From Amphiscolops sp. MND2022 (taxonomy: Eukaryota), in assembly GCA_964187785.1 (NCBI GenBank), contig OZ076409.1:47680001-47744000 (forward strand): a DNA stretch of 64,000 nucleotides, written 5' to 3'. The translations under genes and the position numbers were made by a program. Numbering within the stretch: position 1 is the stretch's first letter; each line of letters opens with the position of its first letter. The notes under the pieces are model-generated. The model had not been told where the DNA came from. It saw only the letters and a program-made list of their open reading frames with translations, and did no database searches. Positions 50,414-60,849 of the stretch are shown piece after piece.

Positions 50414-51945
50414 AGTGTAACGAAACAATCGAGAATCAAGAGAGACAATGAAAAGTATTTCACTGCGATTGAGAAAATCAGAATCAGGCCAAACCGTTCG
50501 AAAAACAGGGCACATTGGATTTAAAAAGAGACAAATGGAGACAGAAACACTAACACCGGACGCAAATGAAACAGGACTGGTGTCAACATGTTCGGAACAA
50601 ACAATAAGTGTACCGACCATCAGTTTTAACAGGTATCTTGTCGCAACCGGTGTGTGATATGTACCAATGGAAAAGCAAACACTGTACCAATGTCCAAGCA
50701 AATACGGGACGTGACTCAAGACGAGCGAAAAGCTTGTCGCGACTTGAAGATTATTAGCACGGGTTAAACCAATGACGAGAAGTTCTCGAAAACACCATTA
50801 TGTCTTGATAAACAGTGGCACAAAGAAGGACCTGAACAGAATCAAAAACTGAAGAAAAAACTTTTCAACGATATTTGGACGACAATTCTATAATAGCAAA
50901 GCTACTCAGAACAACGCTGTTGACACTAATGCACATTGGTGACCAATAGTGGTAAAGAATACCCAAACAAAGTGCGACGAGTCTATACCAAGCAAAAAGT
51001 GAGGTACGAGAATCAAAATATGATTATTTGATTCTCTTACCTCACTTTTTGCTTGATACAGACTCGTATTTGCTTGGACATTGGTACAGTGTTTGCTTTT
51101 CCATTGGTACATATCACACCGGTTGCGACAAGATACCTGTTAAAACTGATGGTCGGTACACTTATTGTTTGTTCCGAACATGTTGACACCAGCCCTATTT
51201 GCGTCCGGTGTTAGTGTTTCTGTCTCCATTTGTCTCTTCTTGAATCCAATGTGCCCTGTTTTTCGAACGGTTTGGGCCTGTTTCTGATTTTCTCAATCGC
51301 AGTGAAATATTTTTCATTGTCTCTCTTGATTCTCGATTGTTTCGTTACACTAAAATCGTTCTCGTTGAGGCGTCAGGTCATTTCATTAGTCGTTCTATCG
51401 CACTGTCGTTGGTAACAATGGGTGCCTTTTGTTTACTTCACATAGATGTCTTCATCAAATGCTTTGCATTCTTTTCCTCTAAACACAGTTACTCTGTTAG
51501 TACGTACTGTTTGCAGGCTTCCATTCTATAAAATGTATTGTTCAAGTTTTGTTTTTGCTGTTTGCTTCATATAGACACGCTGCGGGCCAACATCTACCCA
51601 CCACCGAGAAAATCGGATCAAGAAATCCGTTTAAGTTTTCGGACTAATCAGATTTAAACACCGGATATTTGACATACTAATTTTTGTCAAACATTTAGAT
51701 GTTGGCCCGCAGCGTGTCTATATGAAGCAAACGGCAAAAACAAATCTTGAACAATACACTTTATAAAATGGAAGCCTGCAAACAGTACGAACTAACAGAG
51801 TAACTGTGTTTAGAGGAAAGGAATGCAAAGCATTCGATGAAGACATCAATGTGAAGTAAACAAAAGGCATCCCATTGTTACCAACGACAGTGCGATAGAA
51901 CGACTAATGGAAATACCTGACGGCACAACGAGAACGATTTCAGTG
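50414..51945. repeat. Compound inverted duplication A-spacer-C-C'-A'-B'-spacer-B
   Basis: A 50414-50706 / A' 51065-51351; C 50977-51017 / C' 51027-51067; B' 51348-51596 / B 51696-51945; arms differ by scattered substitutions and indels. Confidence 0.92.
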
Positions 51946-52534
51946 GACGGATGTAACTTCAACGAGACATTAAACCAATCACTGATAGAAATGATAACAA
52001 CGATAAATTTAAAGATAGTAGAAATTTCGTTCGAACGACTTTACGGAAGAAAGCTTCGAATGGAAAACAACAACTTTTTATTCTTCACAATGGATTAGGA
52101 ACAAATGTCTGACTCAGCCAAGCCAGAGTTGTCACAGGTGTACTCGTTCATGAACGGGAACGGAAAATCGGACCAGCTGATAATGATGGCACCAAGAGTA
52201 AAGTCAATGTTATTAAGAACATTCGATATTATTAACATTATTATTGACATTATCAACAAAAAATTCTTTTGGAAAGAACGCAAAACCAGAACAAGTTTGA
52301 AAGCGCATATTGTACAAATTAGCAATTAGCCGTTGCGGGGACAAAGCGTACCACAACTACTAAAACTGTCAAAACATACCTCGAATAGGGGCAAACTAAC
52401 CGCTTCCAATTTTCTTTCAGACTCCACGGTGGGAGGGAATCGATGAGAACCCTGACTCGTTCTCTCCAAAAGACTTTCTTTCCAGAAAACCTCCATTAAC
52501 AAATAACAGATGCCTGAAGCAGAAGATACAGATA

Positions 52535-53705
52535 CACTATGTGGGCAAAATGTGTTCAACCATAAGTCTTTTTACAATAAACACCATCAAACTAAGTATA
52601 TTAACACAACAGTATGCATCAATTTTTAATCATGAGGTGGGTACCCCTTCTTTTGGCTGCACTCGCGCATTCTTTTGGGCATGCGCCGATACAATTTTTG
52701 GATATATTCCACGGGTATATTTGCCCAGATACTGCAGATAGTTTCCTCTAGATTCTTGAAGGGCATTTGCATGGTTTAGAGCTGTTTTTTCACGTAAGAC
52801 CAACTGTTTGAAACATGTTCTATTGGGTTGAGGTCCGGGCTGTGGGCAGGCCAGCAGACCTAACCAAATCCATTTTCTATCTTCCATTCTTTGACATTTT
52901 TGTCCAATTTAAGTTGTAAGGAGGCAAATTTCGAATGCCTGCCGTCTCTAAAATTGATATATACTCCCGAGCATTACAGCGATTTGATTTTTCAATAGGA
53001 GCAAGACACCATTTTAACTAATGGCTGCCAAAATTGAAATGAAGTGGTCATACGATCATACAGATCATACGACCTCTACACTGTTCACTGATTGTTGCAC
53101 CTTTCACCAGTCAATTTCCAGACCCAAACTCTCACATCACTCTGTAACTTAAAACGACACTCGTCGGAAAAGACACACCTTGATCATTCCTCGGTATGCA
53201 TGCACTTTTTTTCATTTACAGATCTCAGGCGATCCTAGCGAACCTTATCTTTCAAAAAACTTTTTAGGCTGCTGCTCTTCCCACCATATTGTGCCGTTTT
53301 GAAAGTGGCCGATTCGTTTTTTCGCACACCATATTATTGACGCGGAAGCTGTTGCACTCATATCGTAATTGTTTGCAGTATAGAAATCAGTTTTCTTTCT
53401 TTCTCATTGAAGACACTTCAGTTCTTTCGTTCAGTGTTTTTTGGACGCCCACTTGACTTTTTGGGCATAATTGATCCATCAGGCAAACAATGCTGGTATA
53501 CTTGATACGCGGTTGCCTTGCTTTTGAATCCAAGTTGTTTGGCAATATCCGAAAATGTAGCTTTTCTCTCCCGAAGAGCAACGATTTGATAACGTTTTTC
53601 CAACGAAACTTATTTTCCCAAGTTTTAACATATGAAACCAAGCTTGGTTGAAACGGAAATGAAATTATGTGAACAGAAAGTTGAAAACATTTTGTCCACT
53701 TAGAG
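52535..53705 (-). mobile_element. Tc1-like DNA transposon, full length but decayed
   Basis: Imperfect 26-bp TIRs (CACTATGTGGGCAAAATGTGTTCAAC / CTCTAAGTGGACAAAATGTTTTCAAC) with TA on both sides; HTH ORF 53418-53603 ending SGRP; FSDEC and WPAHSPDLNPIEHV motifs in broken frames. Confidence 0.9.
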
Positions 53706-53835
53706 TAACATGCCAGGACGATCGCACACACAAGTTGAAAGTGGGAGCACAACTGCCACGCAAAGAAGTGGAGGACGCTTTGGTAATGAGGTACGAACTC
53801 AGCTCACCGAAGCCAGAAGTGGGAAAAGGTAGAAG

Positions 53836-53953
53836 ACAAACAAACAAACAAACAAACAAACAAACAAACAAACAAACAAACAAACAAACAAACAAACAAA
53901 CAAACAAACAAACAAACAAACAAACAAACAAACAAACAAACGAACAAACAAAC
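53836..53953 (+). repeat. (CAAA)n microsatellite, about 29 units
   Basis: Read directly; one CGAA variant near the end. Confidence 0.98.
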
Positions 53954-54629
53954 GGCACTCAATCAGAAGAAGCAACAACAGCCATGGACAATTTCGTCGG
54001 TGAGACAACAGTAACTGATCAAAGCGGTTATAATGAAACAATTCCAATTTAACACCAAAAATTTGATGATTCCATATGATAAAAAACGACAACGATGAAA
54101 ATCAGCATCAATTTTTCGGACCATGTCATCTATTTTCCCCCAGGTACAACTTGTTAGGAATATCCCCCCAACACGAAAGCATATTTTGTTCTTGAATAAA
54201 AATATTTCGCTAATAAGAGAATATCATATGATTGTGAATGCTCAGAAGATTGTCTCCACAACTCTTTGGAATCTTCAGGCAAAAAAGTTTCATAATTTTT
54301 TGATATTATTGTCCAAAATAGCAGAAATTCACGTTTGCTATAAACGAAAATCGTATCAAAAGGCCCCTATTTGGCGCAACTTTTTTCGGCTATAAAATCT
54401 AATGAGCAACTTTTAACTGACAGTCAATGTAATTGATAGGATTATGTCGACATCAATTATTTTATTGAACCAAAATTTCAACGCAAACGATGTCGACATA
54501 ATGGTATTTGAACCTTCTGTCTTACTCCCCCCCCCGCCGCAGTTTGGGGCGGAAATAGATGACATGTGTCGCGTTATGACTAACGCTTAATGAATAATTT
54601 AAAAGCAACTGCAACAATAAAGTACTCAA

Positions 54630-55115
54630 CAAAAACACCTGATTTAATAAAAAAGCACAACAATCATCCCAGGGCTACTCTTCCGTTTCTATACAAAAAG
54701 CACCTGCATAGATACAAAGCATAATGAACATCTTTGTGCTACAGTGCAGCTTATGATTGAAAAACACCTGAATTAATAAAACACTCGACAATTGTCCCCT
54801 GGCTTCAGTGCAGTTTGTATTCAAAAAACACCTGCAAAAACAAAGCAGGAAATTAAACTAACCTGAAGAAGGAGGAAGATGGGGATAAATTTAATGTAGG
54901 GCGGCCGACAGAAAAAAAGAAGCCGCAAAATAATATAATTTAGGGATACAAATACCGCCGGATTGCACAAATGAAAAATTCTATTATTTAACGCGGTGAT
55001 TCGAAATCTAAAGCTAAGCTCTGATTGGCTCAATGCGAAACAGGCCACCCATGCACTTCGGCAGAAGTGCTGAACTGTTTTTATACGGCGTGCACAGGCT
55101 GGAGCTTCATTCTTC
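54630..55115 (+). promoter_or_regulatory. LTR promoter/enhancer: phased E-boxes, CCAAT box, TATA-like box, Inr
   Basis: CACCTG at 54636, 54701, 54765, 54829; ATTGG at 55024; TTTTATA near 55079-55085; TCATTC at 55107, about 27 nt after the TATA-like box. Confidence 0.5.
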
Positions 55116-55437
55116 CCGCCAACCGCAAAGCTTCAACTTAAAGAATCTCTCTCCCTTCCTCACTTCTCCTTCTCTTCCCTCCACTTGCTCCAACTCTACT
55201 TCTTCTCTTCTCTTCACTAAATTCTTGAATTATTTCCCCCGTGGACAAAAACTTCTATCTTCCTTTCTTCCCCTCTTTTGCTTTGGCTCTAAAATTTGCT
55301 AAGTCACATCCTTCTTAGCTGAATTTTCTATCTTAGAAAATTCAGTTCAATCCGACAACCAACAGTCCCCGGTCTGGTGAGTGAAAAATAACTTAGTTTC
55401 CTTCTGTGGAGATTTCTGAATCTCCTTTTTCTAACTT

Positions 55438-56044
55438 AATTCTATCTTAGAATAGTTCCACTGATTTTACTCAGTGGTTGTTAAAATTCTATCTTAGTAA
55501 AATTCCGCTGATTTCACTCAGCGGTTGTTTAAATTCTATCTTGGAATAATTCCACTGATTTTACTCAGTGGTTGTTAAAATTCTATCTTAGTATAATTCC
55601 GCTGATTTCGCTCAGCGGTTGTTTAAAATTCTATCTTCGAATAATTCCACTGATTCTATTCACTGGTTGTTAAAAATCTATCTTAGTATAATTCCGCTGA
55701 ATTCACTCAGCTGTTGTTTAAAAATCTATCTTAGAACAAATCCACTGATTCTACTCAGCGGTTGTTAAAACTCTATCTTAACAAAAATTCCGCTGATTTC
55801 ACTCAGTGGTTGTTAAAATTCTATCTTAGTATAATTCCGGTGATTTTAGTGATTTTACTCAGCGGTTGTTAAAATTCAATCTGACAATAATTTCACTGAT
55901 TCTACTCAGTAGTTGTTAAAATTCTATCATAGTATAATTCCGGTGATTTTAGTGATTTTACTCAGCGGTTGTCAAAATTCTATCTTAGAATAATTCCACA
56001 GATTGTGCTCAGTGGTTGTTAAAATTCTATCTTAGAGTAGAATT
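55438..56044 (+). repeat. 47-bp tandem array (about 12.5 units, partly a 94-bp dimer), each unit with inverted-repeat hairpins
   Basis: TCTATCT-type cores at 55441, 55488, 55535, 55582, 55630, 55677, 55725, 55772, 55820, 55876, 55923, 55979, 56026; two units carry a 9-bp internal duplication. Confidence 0.95.
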
Positions 56045-57152
56045 AAATGAATGGTTAGCGCTACACAAGTATTAACAAAATCATTTCACCTTATTTACCC
56101 TGTAAATTTGTTTCTTACCAAACGTTTCAATACTGTCTCCATACCCAACAGAGCAGTGACTCTGAAAAACTAAAATTCGTCAGTTTAAACTATCACTGAT
56201 TATAAACATCCCTTATTCGGAGCTAATCTAAAGCATTTTCAAGATGAAGATGTAAAAACTTGCACTTCTATCTGTAATTTTTAAAAATGTTTTCTGATGT
56301 AATTTATAAAGCTACTTTGCTCGAAGTTAAAATAAATCCTTTAAATTTACTGCTGAAGTAAATAAATAGTTGATTTGCTGCTGAATTTAACTTATGATGG
56401 AATAGACACTGAGATGCCTAAAAAATTTCGCTTAGTACTATTGTCCGTTCACGTGAGATAATTCAACATATTTACTTATCTTACTTTCCTTTTAGTCAGA
56501 GAGCTCATTTACATACACTGCCTTGCACGTACTCACGCAATTTCCTTTGTTAACACGTACACGCAAGGCACTTCCTTTCTAGTATTACACAGAGTAAGCT
56601 TTGAGACTTTCTTACTCACTTCTAATCAATATTTAAATACTTGCCTGAAAATACTTTGCAAAATGCTAAGTAAGCTGAACTGACTAAAACTGATAACAAT
56701 TGAACAGTCCCTTGAAAAGAGAGAAACAGAAATCTGCAAACAGTAAAAATTTATCTATGCGTGCGACAAACTGGGCGACCAGCGAGGCAGTTTCTTCAGT
56801 AAATGAGCAATCACTTGGAATCCCTACTCGTTGCAGTTAGGGTTAACTACTTACTCAATCTGATTTCAATCTTTACTTTGTTTCTTTGTTTGCCACAATA
56901 TGTTACAACATTACCAGGGAAAACGCACATTTCCGAGATACTCATCAGCAATTGAGCACGAAGACCTCACCGCCCAGACTCAGGTATCACCTCACCGGAA
57001 AACCAGCAGTTTTTGACGCCCACCTCGCCTGGTCAACCGTCAACCTCCCATCCACCTGGCATTGAGACACTACTTCAAACCAAAATACAATCACTTACTA
57101 TACCACGAAAGTAGCTCCCCCGAAAAATTTTCTCAAAAACCCAGCTCTGAAG

Positions 57153-57701
57153 ATGTCAACAACGTCAAACACTCTAATACGCCACGACGACCCCCAACTA
57201 ACTCTATCACCTCCAATCCTTACAAAGGTGTCTACAAGAGGTGGAATGGTACTTATCCAACTGGACCAAATCACCGTTTCCCATCTGAGAACAGCCTGGA
57301 TGCCACACCCGTTTCACAGAAACTATTACTACTGGGCTACCACAGGACCCCTTGATTTGCAACCTCTCGAATTGCCACCCCTCATTGCAACAGTTAAAAT
57401 TTGTTGGAATGGATGTTCCAAACAAGAAAGTAATAAATTTGTATCTGTTTTTGTTGAAATCCGAGACCCTGACCGCAAAATTCTCTCCACCCCCTTCACA
57501 GTACGGCTCTTTTTTAAAAACTTCAAGAACAAAAACGGACAGTCACTGCACCGAAGCTTCAAATTAACGCCTTCTGGAAATAGCATCGAAGGTGGAATCA
57601 AAGATTTCCTGCCCCTCACTATTTTCAACGCTACTCTAGCTAAAGACAATATCGTCACTTTCGGCATTCTTATCAAACGACTCTCACCCCCAGCTCCGTA
57701 A
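57153..57701 (+). CDS. Intronless 182-aa ORF with a TRAF-C/MATH-like domain, downstream of an LTR and PBS
   Basis: By-eye match to the TRAF-C pattern: STRGGMVLIQLDQI, ATVKICWNG...KFVSVFVEI, ILSTPFTVRLFF, GGIKDFLPL...LAKDNIVTFGILI. No stops or frameshifts. Confidence 0.65.
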   Translation: MSTTSNTLIRHDDPQLTLSPPILTKVSTRGGMVLIQLDQITVSHLRTAWMPHPFHRNYYYWATTGPLDLQPLELPPLIATVKICWNGCSKQESNKFVSVFVEIRDPDRKILSTPFTVRLFFKNFKNKNGQSLHRSFKLTPSGNSIEGGIKDFLPLTIFNATLAKDNIVTFGILIKRLSPPAP

Positions 57702-60700
57702 GATACATTTCTACCCTCAATAGTCTTTGGTACTTTCTCGGACCCTTTCTTCTGGGCACCCCTCTGATAGCAAAATTTTAAGCAGACAACCTGGACCCAC
57801 CGGTCTTCCTAAAATACTTAGACTTAGTTTACTATATAGACATAACACTGCTTGTTCTAATGGTTAATGCAGGTGTGAATGTGGCGATATTGGGTAGAAG
57901 GGACGGATATTTGGTTCGAACCTCGCGCCAGGAGTAATGTTTGAAAACATTTGCAAAGCTAGTTTATGTCAAAAAGTTGCCCTCAGATTTTTAATAACAC
58001 TAAGCGTTTTTTCAGAAAGAACTTTTTTATTTGCTTAAAAGGTCTCTCTTTGATAATGTTGATGGTTTTTTTTAAAAAAAGTTTTGTGAGCCTGAAGGAT
58101 CACTCTTTGTTGGGTTTTTCTGCACTGCGAAACTTTTATTCAAAAATGCTTTCCATTGAATGGCGGTTAAATTGCAATGGTCACATCGGAAACGATTTTT
58201 TTTGGGGCTCATTGTTTCTTGAGCATTTTTGAAAAACGCATTTTTGAAAACAATTTTTAAAATTACAGATTTTGATTGGTTCCGTTTATGCATTTTTCTC
58301 CCATTCTATTTCACTTGAAACTACTGGAGATTGCTGGAATGTTCTTTCCTGTTGGTGTGGAGCTTTGAGTGCTAAATTTCGAAGGTGGAGGTTTTTAGAT
58401 CAAATCCCGCGCTAGGTTGAATAACTATTTTTTGAAGTTTGACGACGCAAACGTAGACAATGGTTAGGTATATTTCGGAAGTGTGATACCTTTTTGTGAT
58501 GTTTCTTTACCAAATGGTTTTCTGTTTTTGGCAAGAGAAAAGCGTTCTTTTGAGCATAGTCGGTGTAAGATCTCGATAGCTAGGTTAAAACGAATAGTGT
58601 ATCTCGAAGCTTTCAACTGTATCTCACTGCTTTTATATCAGTAATGAATTAAATATATCTAACTCAACATGTACATAAATACTACAAAAATAGAACAGTT
58701 CTAAGTTATTAATTCTGAGTTTGTTAGCCAACAACTCTACGACTCAGTTTTTCTTCACTGTGGTGTGCCATGTCACAGTGGGTTTCCGTATGGTTTTTTC
58801 GGCATTTTGCGATATACCAAAAACATTTTCCTAATTTTATATTCTAGAGGTTTTTGTTGTTGAAAACTTGTTTTCGAGTGTTAGAGGTAACCTCTTTGGT
58901 TTTTCAGTACAGTGACTTTGAGTTTATATTCTGTCTTGATGATGTCAGTTAGAAAAACTCGTTTTTCGAACCCGAAGGGTCACGCCAATTGGTTATTAGT
59001 AATTTTGGCACTATGCTATTTTCTTTTTTTTTCGTTTCATTATAATTTCATTATGTTTCATTATACTTTCGTTATTATTTCAATTAGGAAAAGTCATTTT
59101 TTGTACAAACTGTTTCTCACTGAGTAGCCGAGCTTGTGTATCTTTTCAATTCGAATTTTGCTAACACTGATTTGGGATAAATTTTGAGTCGATGAAAAAA
59201 AAATGTTTTTCAACGTTTTCTCGGTATGTTGTTTTGATCGGCACAAATTAGTGTTCGAGTTTTTTTTCGTTTTCAAACTTTTGATTCTTTCCTAAACGTG
59301 TTTTAAAATTGTTTTCTGACAATAATTTTATGACGACAACGCCCTGTATCAATGATTTTTTCGCGAATTAGGTCAAGCAAAAGATGTACAGTTGATGTAT
59401 CTTTGATTAAAGAAAACTATTTTAAAAAAAACTCTCGACGAAATCCCCTTTTTCTCCAAGATGTTGAAATTGCAGCCAATTTCTGTCAGATATTCCCGTG
59501 ACGAAGGCTATTGTCCGCACTTGGCGTGTGTCAATTTTTTGTATTCTTTAAAATTGAATAATAAAATACTGCTCTCTGACAAAAGAATGTCTTTCGTAAA
59601 AATATTCTGTACACTCTGTCGTCACTGGCGATGCCCCGCGGAAAGTTTCGGTTGTGTTCTTCCTACAATCGCGCAATGCTCGCGTCTCAGAAAACACAGA
59701 AACACAAGACAACTTGTAAAGACATCAAAGACACTATAGAAAACGGTAGACACATAATCAAAACAAAAAACAGCCACTCAAGCAGTTGATACAAAGTCAA
59801 AGAATTACTTTATAAAACCTAACTAGACTCACGTATTAGCTAGAAACGCTCCTCGCGCTGAGTGGCATTTCACTTCATGCAAACGGCAGCTTTAAAAACG
59901 ATAATGATGCGGTACATTTAAAAATTGCCATTAATTGCTAGTTTATTGGGTTTTGTCAGGAACGGAACAGTGCTCAGGTCGACCCTTTTTCGAAATTTTG
60001 AATCAGTTTAAATTGAACTATTCTCAAAGTTATATCTGAAAATTTTGTTATATTCTACGAAACAAGAAATTTGCTCTTTCAGAATCTAAGTCAATAAAGA
60101 GGCTGGTTTGTATCTGACTAATTTTGAAATCGAATTCGCTTCAAATGAAATCCTAATGGTTCGTTTTATGATAAGTAAAACGATAAAAATGCGCTTTATC
60201 CAAACTTTTGACTTCATATCTGAACTGATTTAGTTTGATATCTCAACTGCTACGAAGGCGGATATTCGCATCTTTTGCATCTCTCCATTTTAAATTTTTG
60301 TATTACCGTTTTCTGATGAACCGTAAACAACGGTGAAAAATTCCATTTATCTGAACCAATGAAGTTTTATCCAGATCACTTTCCAGGAATAATTGGGGTT
60401 TGAATTTAACCTGTTTTCAACTTCTATATCATTTCGAAATGAACTTTAGTTACATCTTATGACATGAATTATCTAACGTTAAACAATGTACTATATTTAT
60501 ACGATTGACGTTCCATACGATTTATTTTAGGTCAAAGGGTCAAAAGAGAGGAAATGAAATTTATGAGCGAGTTTGATTGAACTAATTTTCAGATTGGTAG
60601 AAACTATTTCAGTTCGAAACAATTACATGCTTGCTCTTTGTTGAACAATTGGGACTTTCAATCATTGGTTTAGAGAATCCGGTAATGTCCTTAAAAGCGT

Positions 60701-60849
60701 TGCATATATCTGAAAACTTACGTTTCTTGAACTGCGAAAAATCTGCCAATTCCCGATGAAGTGCAGAAATAGTGTCCGAAATTTTTCTTCTTCCATATTT
60801 CTGCATAAATTTTGCAGCGCTAAAAAATCCCAAAGGGTTTTTTTGCTTT

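Larger units (their letters stand above)
41250..54100 (+). mobile_element. Decayed Ty3/gypsy retrotransposon interrupted by nested insertions (boundaries approximate)
   Basis: Cys/His gag-knuckle remnant near 41865-41960; degenerate protease IKVLTNNGTPVTLIP near 43785-43830; RT remnant ...IDKTL*FKHSAWLDDIMI near 49090-49220; RNase H-like ORF 49501-49938 (LLSDHEAL, ARLTRWLNRLAH); integrase tail ISFERLYGRK near 52020-52050. Confidence 0.8.
54567..56768 (+). mobile_element. Long (2.2 kb) LTR-like unit, probably a 5' LTR
   Basis: Termini TGTCGC (54567) and GCGACA (56768), followed by PBS-like TGGGCGACCAGCGAGG (56772); internal CCAAT/TATA/Inr arrangement; AATAAA at 56331 and 56361. No second LTR in the window. 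Confidence 0.6.

Noticed and set aside
53665..54092. ORFs with TNKQ / FVCL repeats
   Set aside because: Translations of the (CAAA)n microsatellite.
54441..54503. 14-bp inverted repeat ATTATGTCGACATC / GATGTCGACATAAT and a nearby GC hairpin
   Set aside because: Real but isolated; no TSD, second copy or element boundaries to support a call.
55438..56044. CRISPR-like array (palindromic short repeats)
   Set aside because: Units are contiguous with no unique spacers, there are no cas-like ORFs, and the context is eukaryotic.
54567..56768. Reading this LTR as the 3' LTR of the upstream gypsy element
   Set aside because: It is followed by a PBS-like site, and no matching copy exists at the gypsy 5' end.
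57063..57065. Selenocysteine or read-through at the single TGA upstream of the MATH-like ORF
   Set aside because: No upstream in-frame ATG and no recognisable SECIS; a nonsense change or chance is simpler.
57062..57676. Overlapping ORFs 57062-57355, 57207-57425, 57329-57676, 57352-57567
   Set aside because: Alternative-frame or antisense shadows of the 182-aa ORF with no recognisable motifs.
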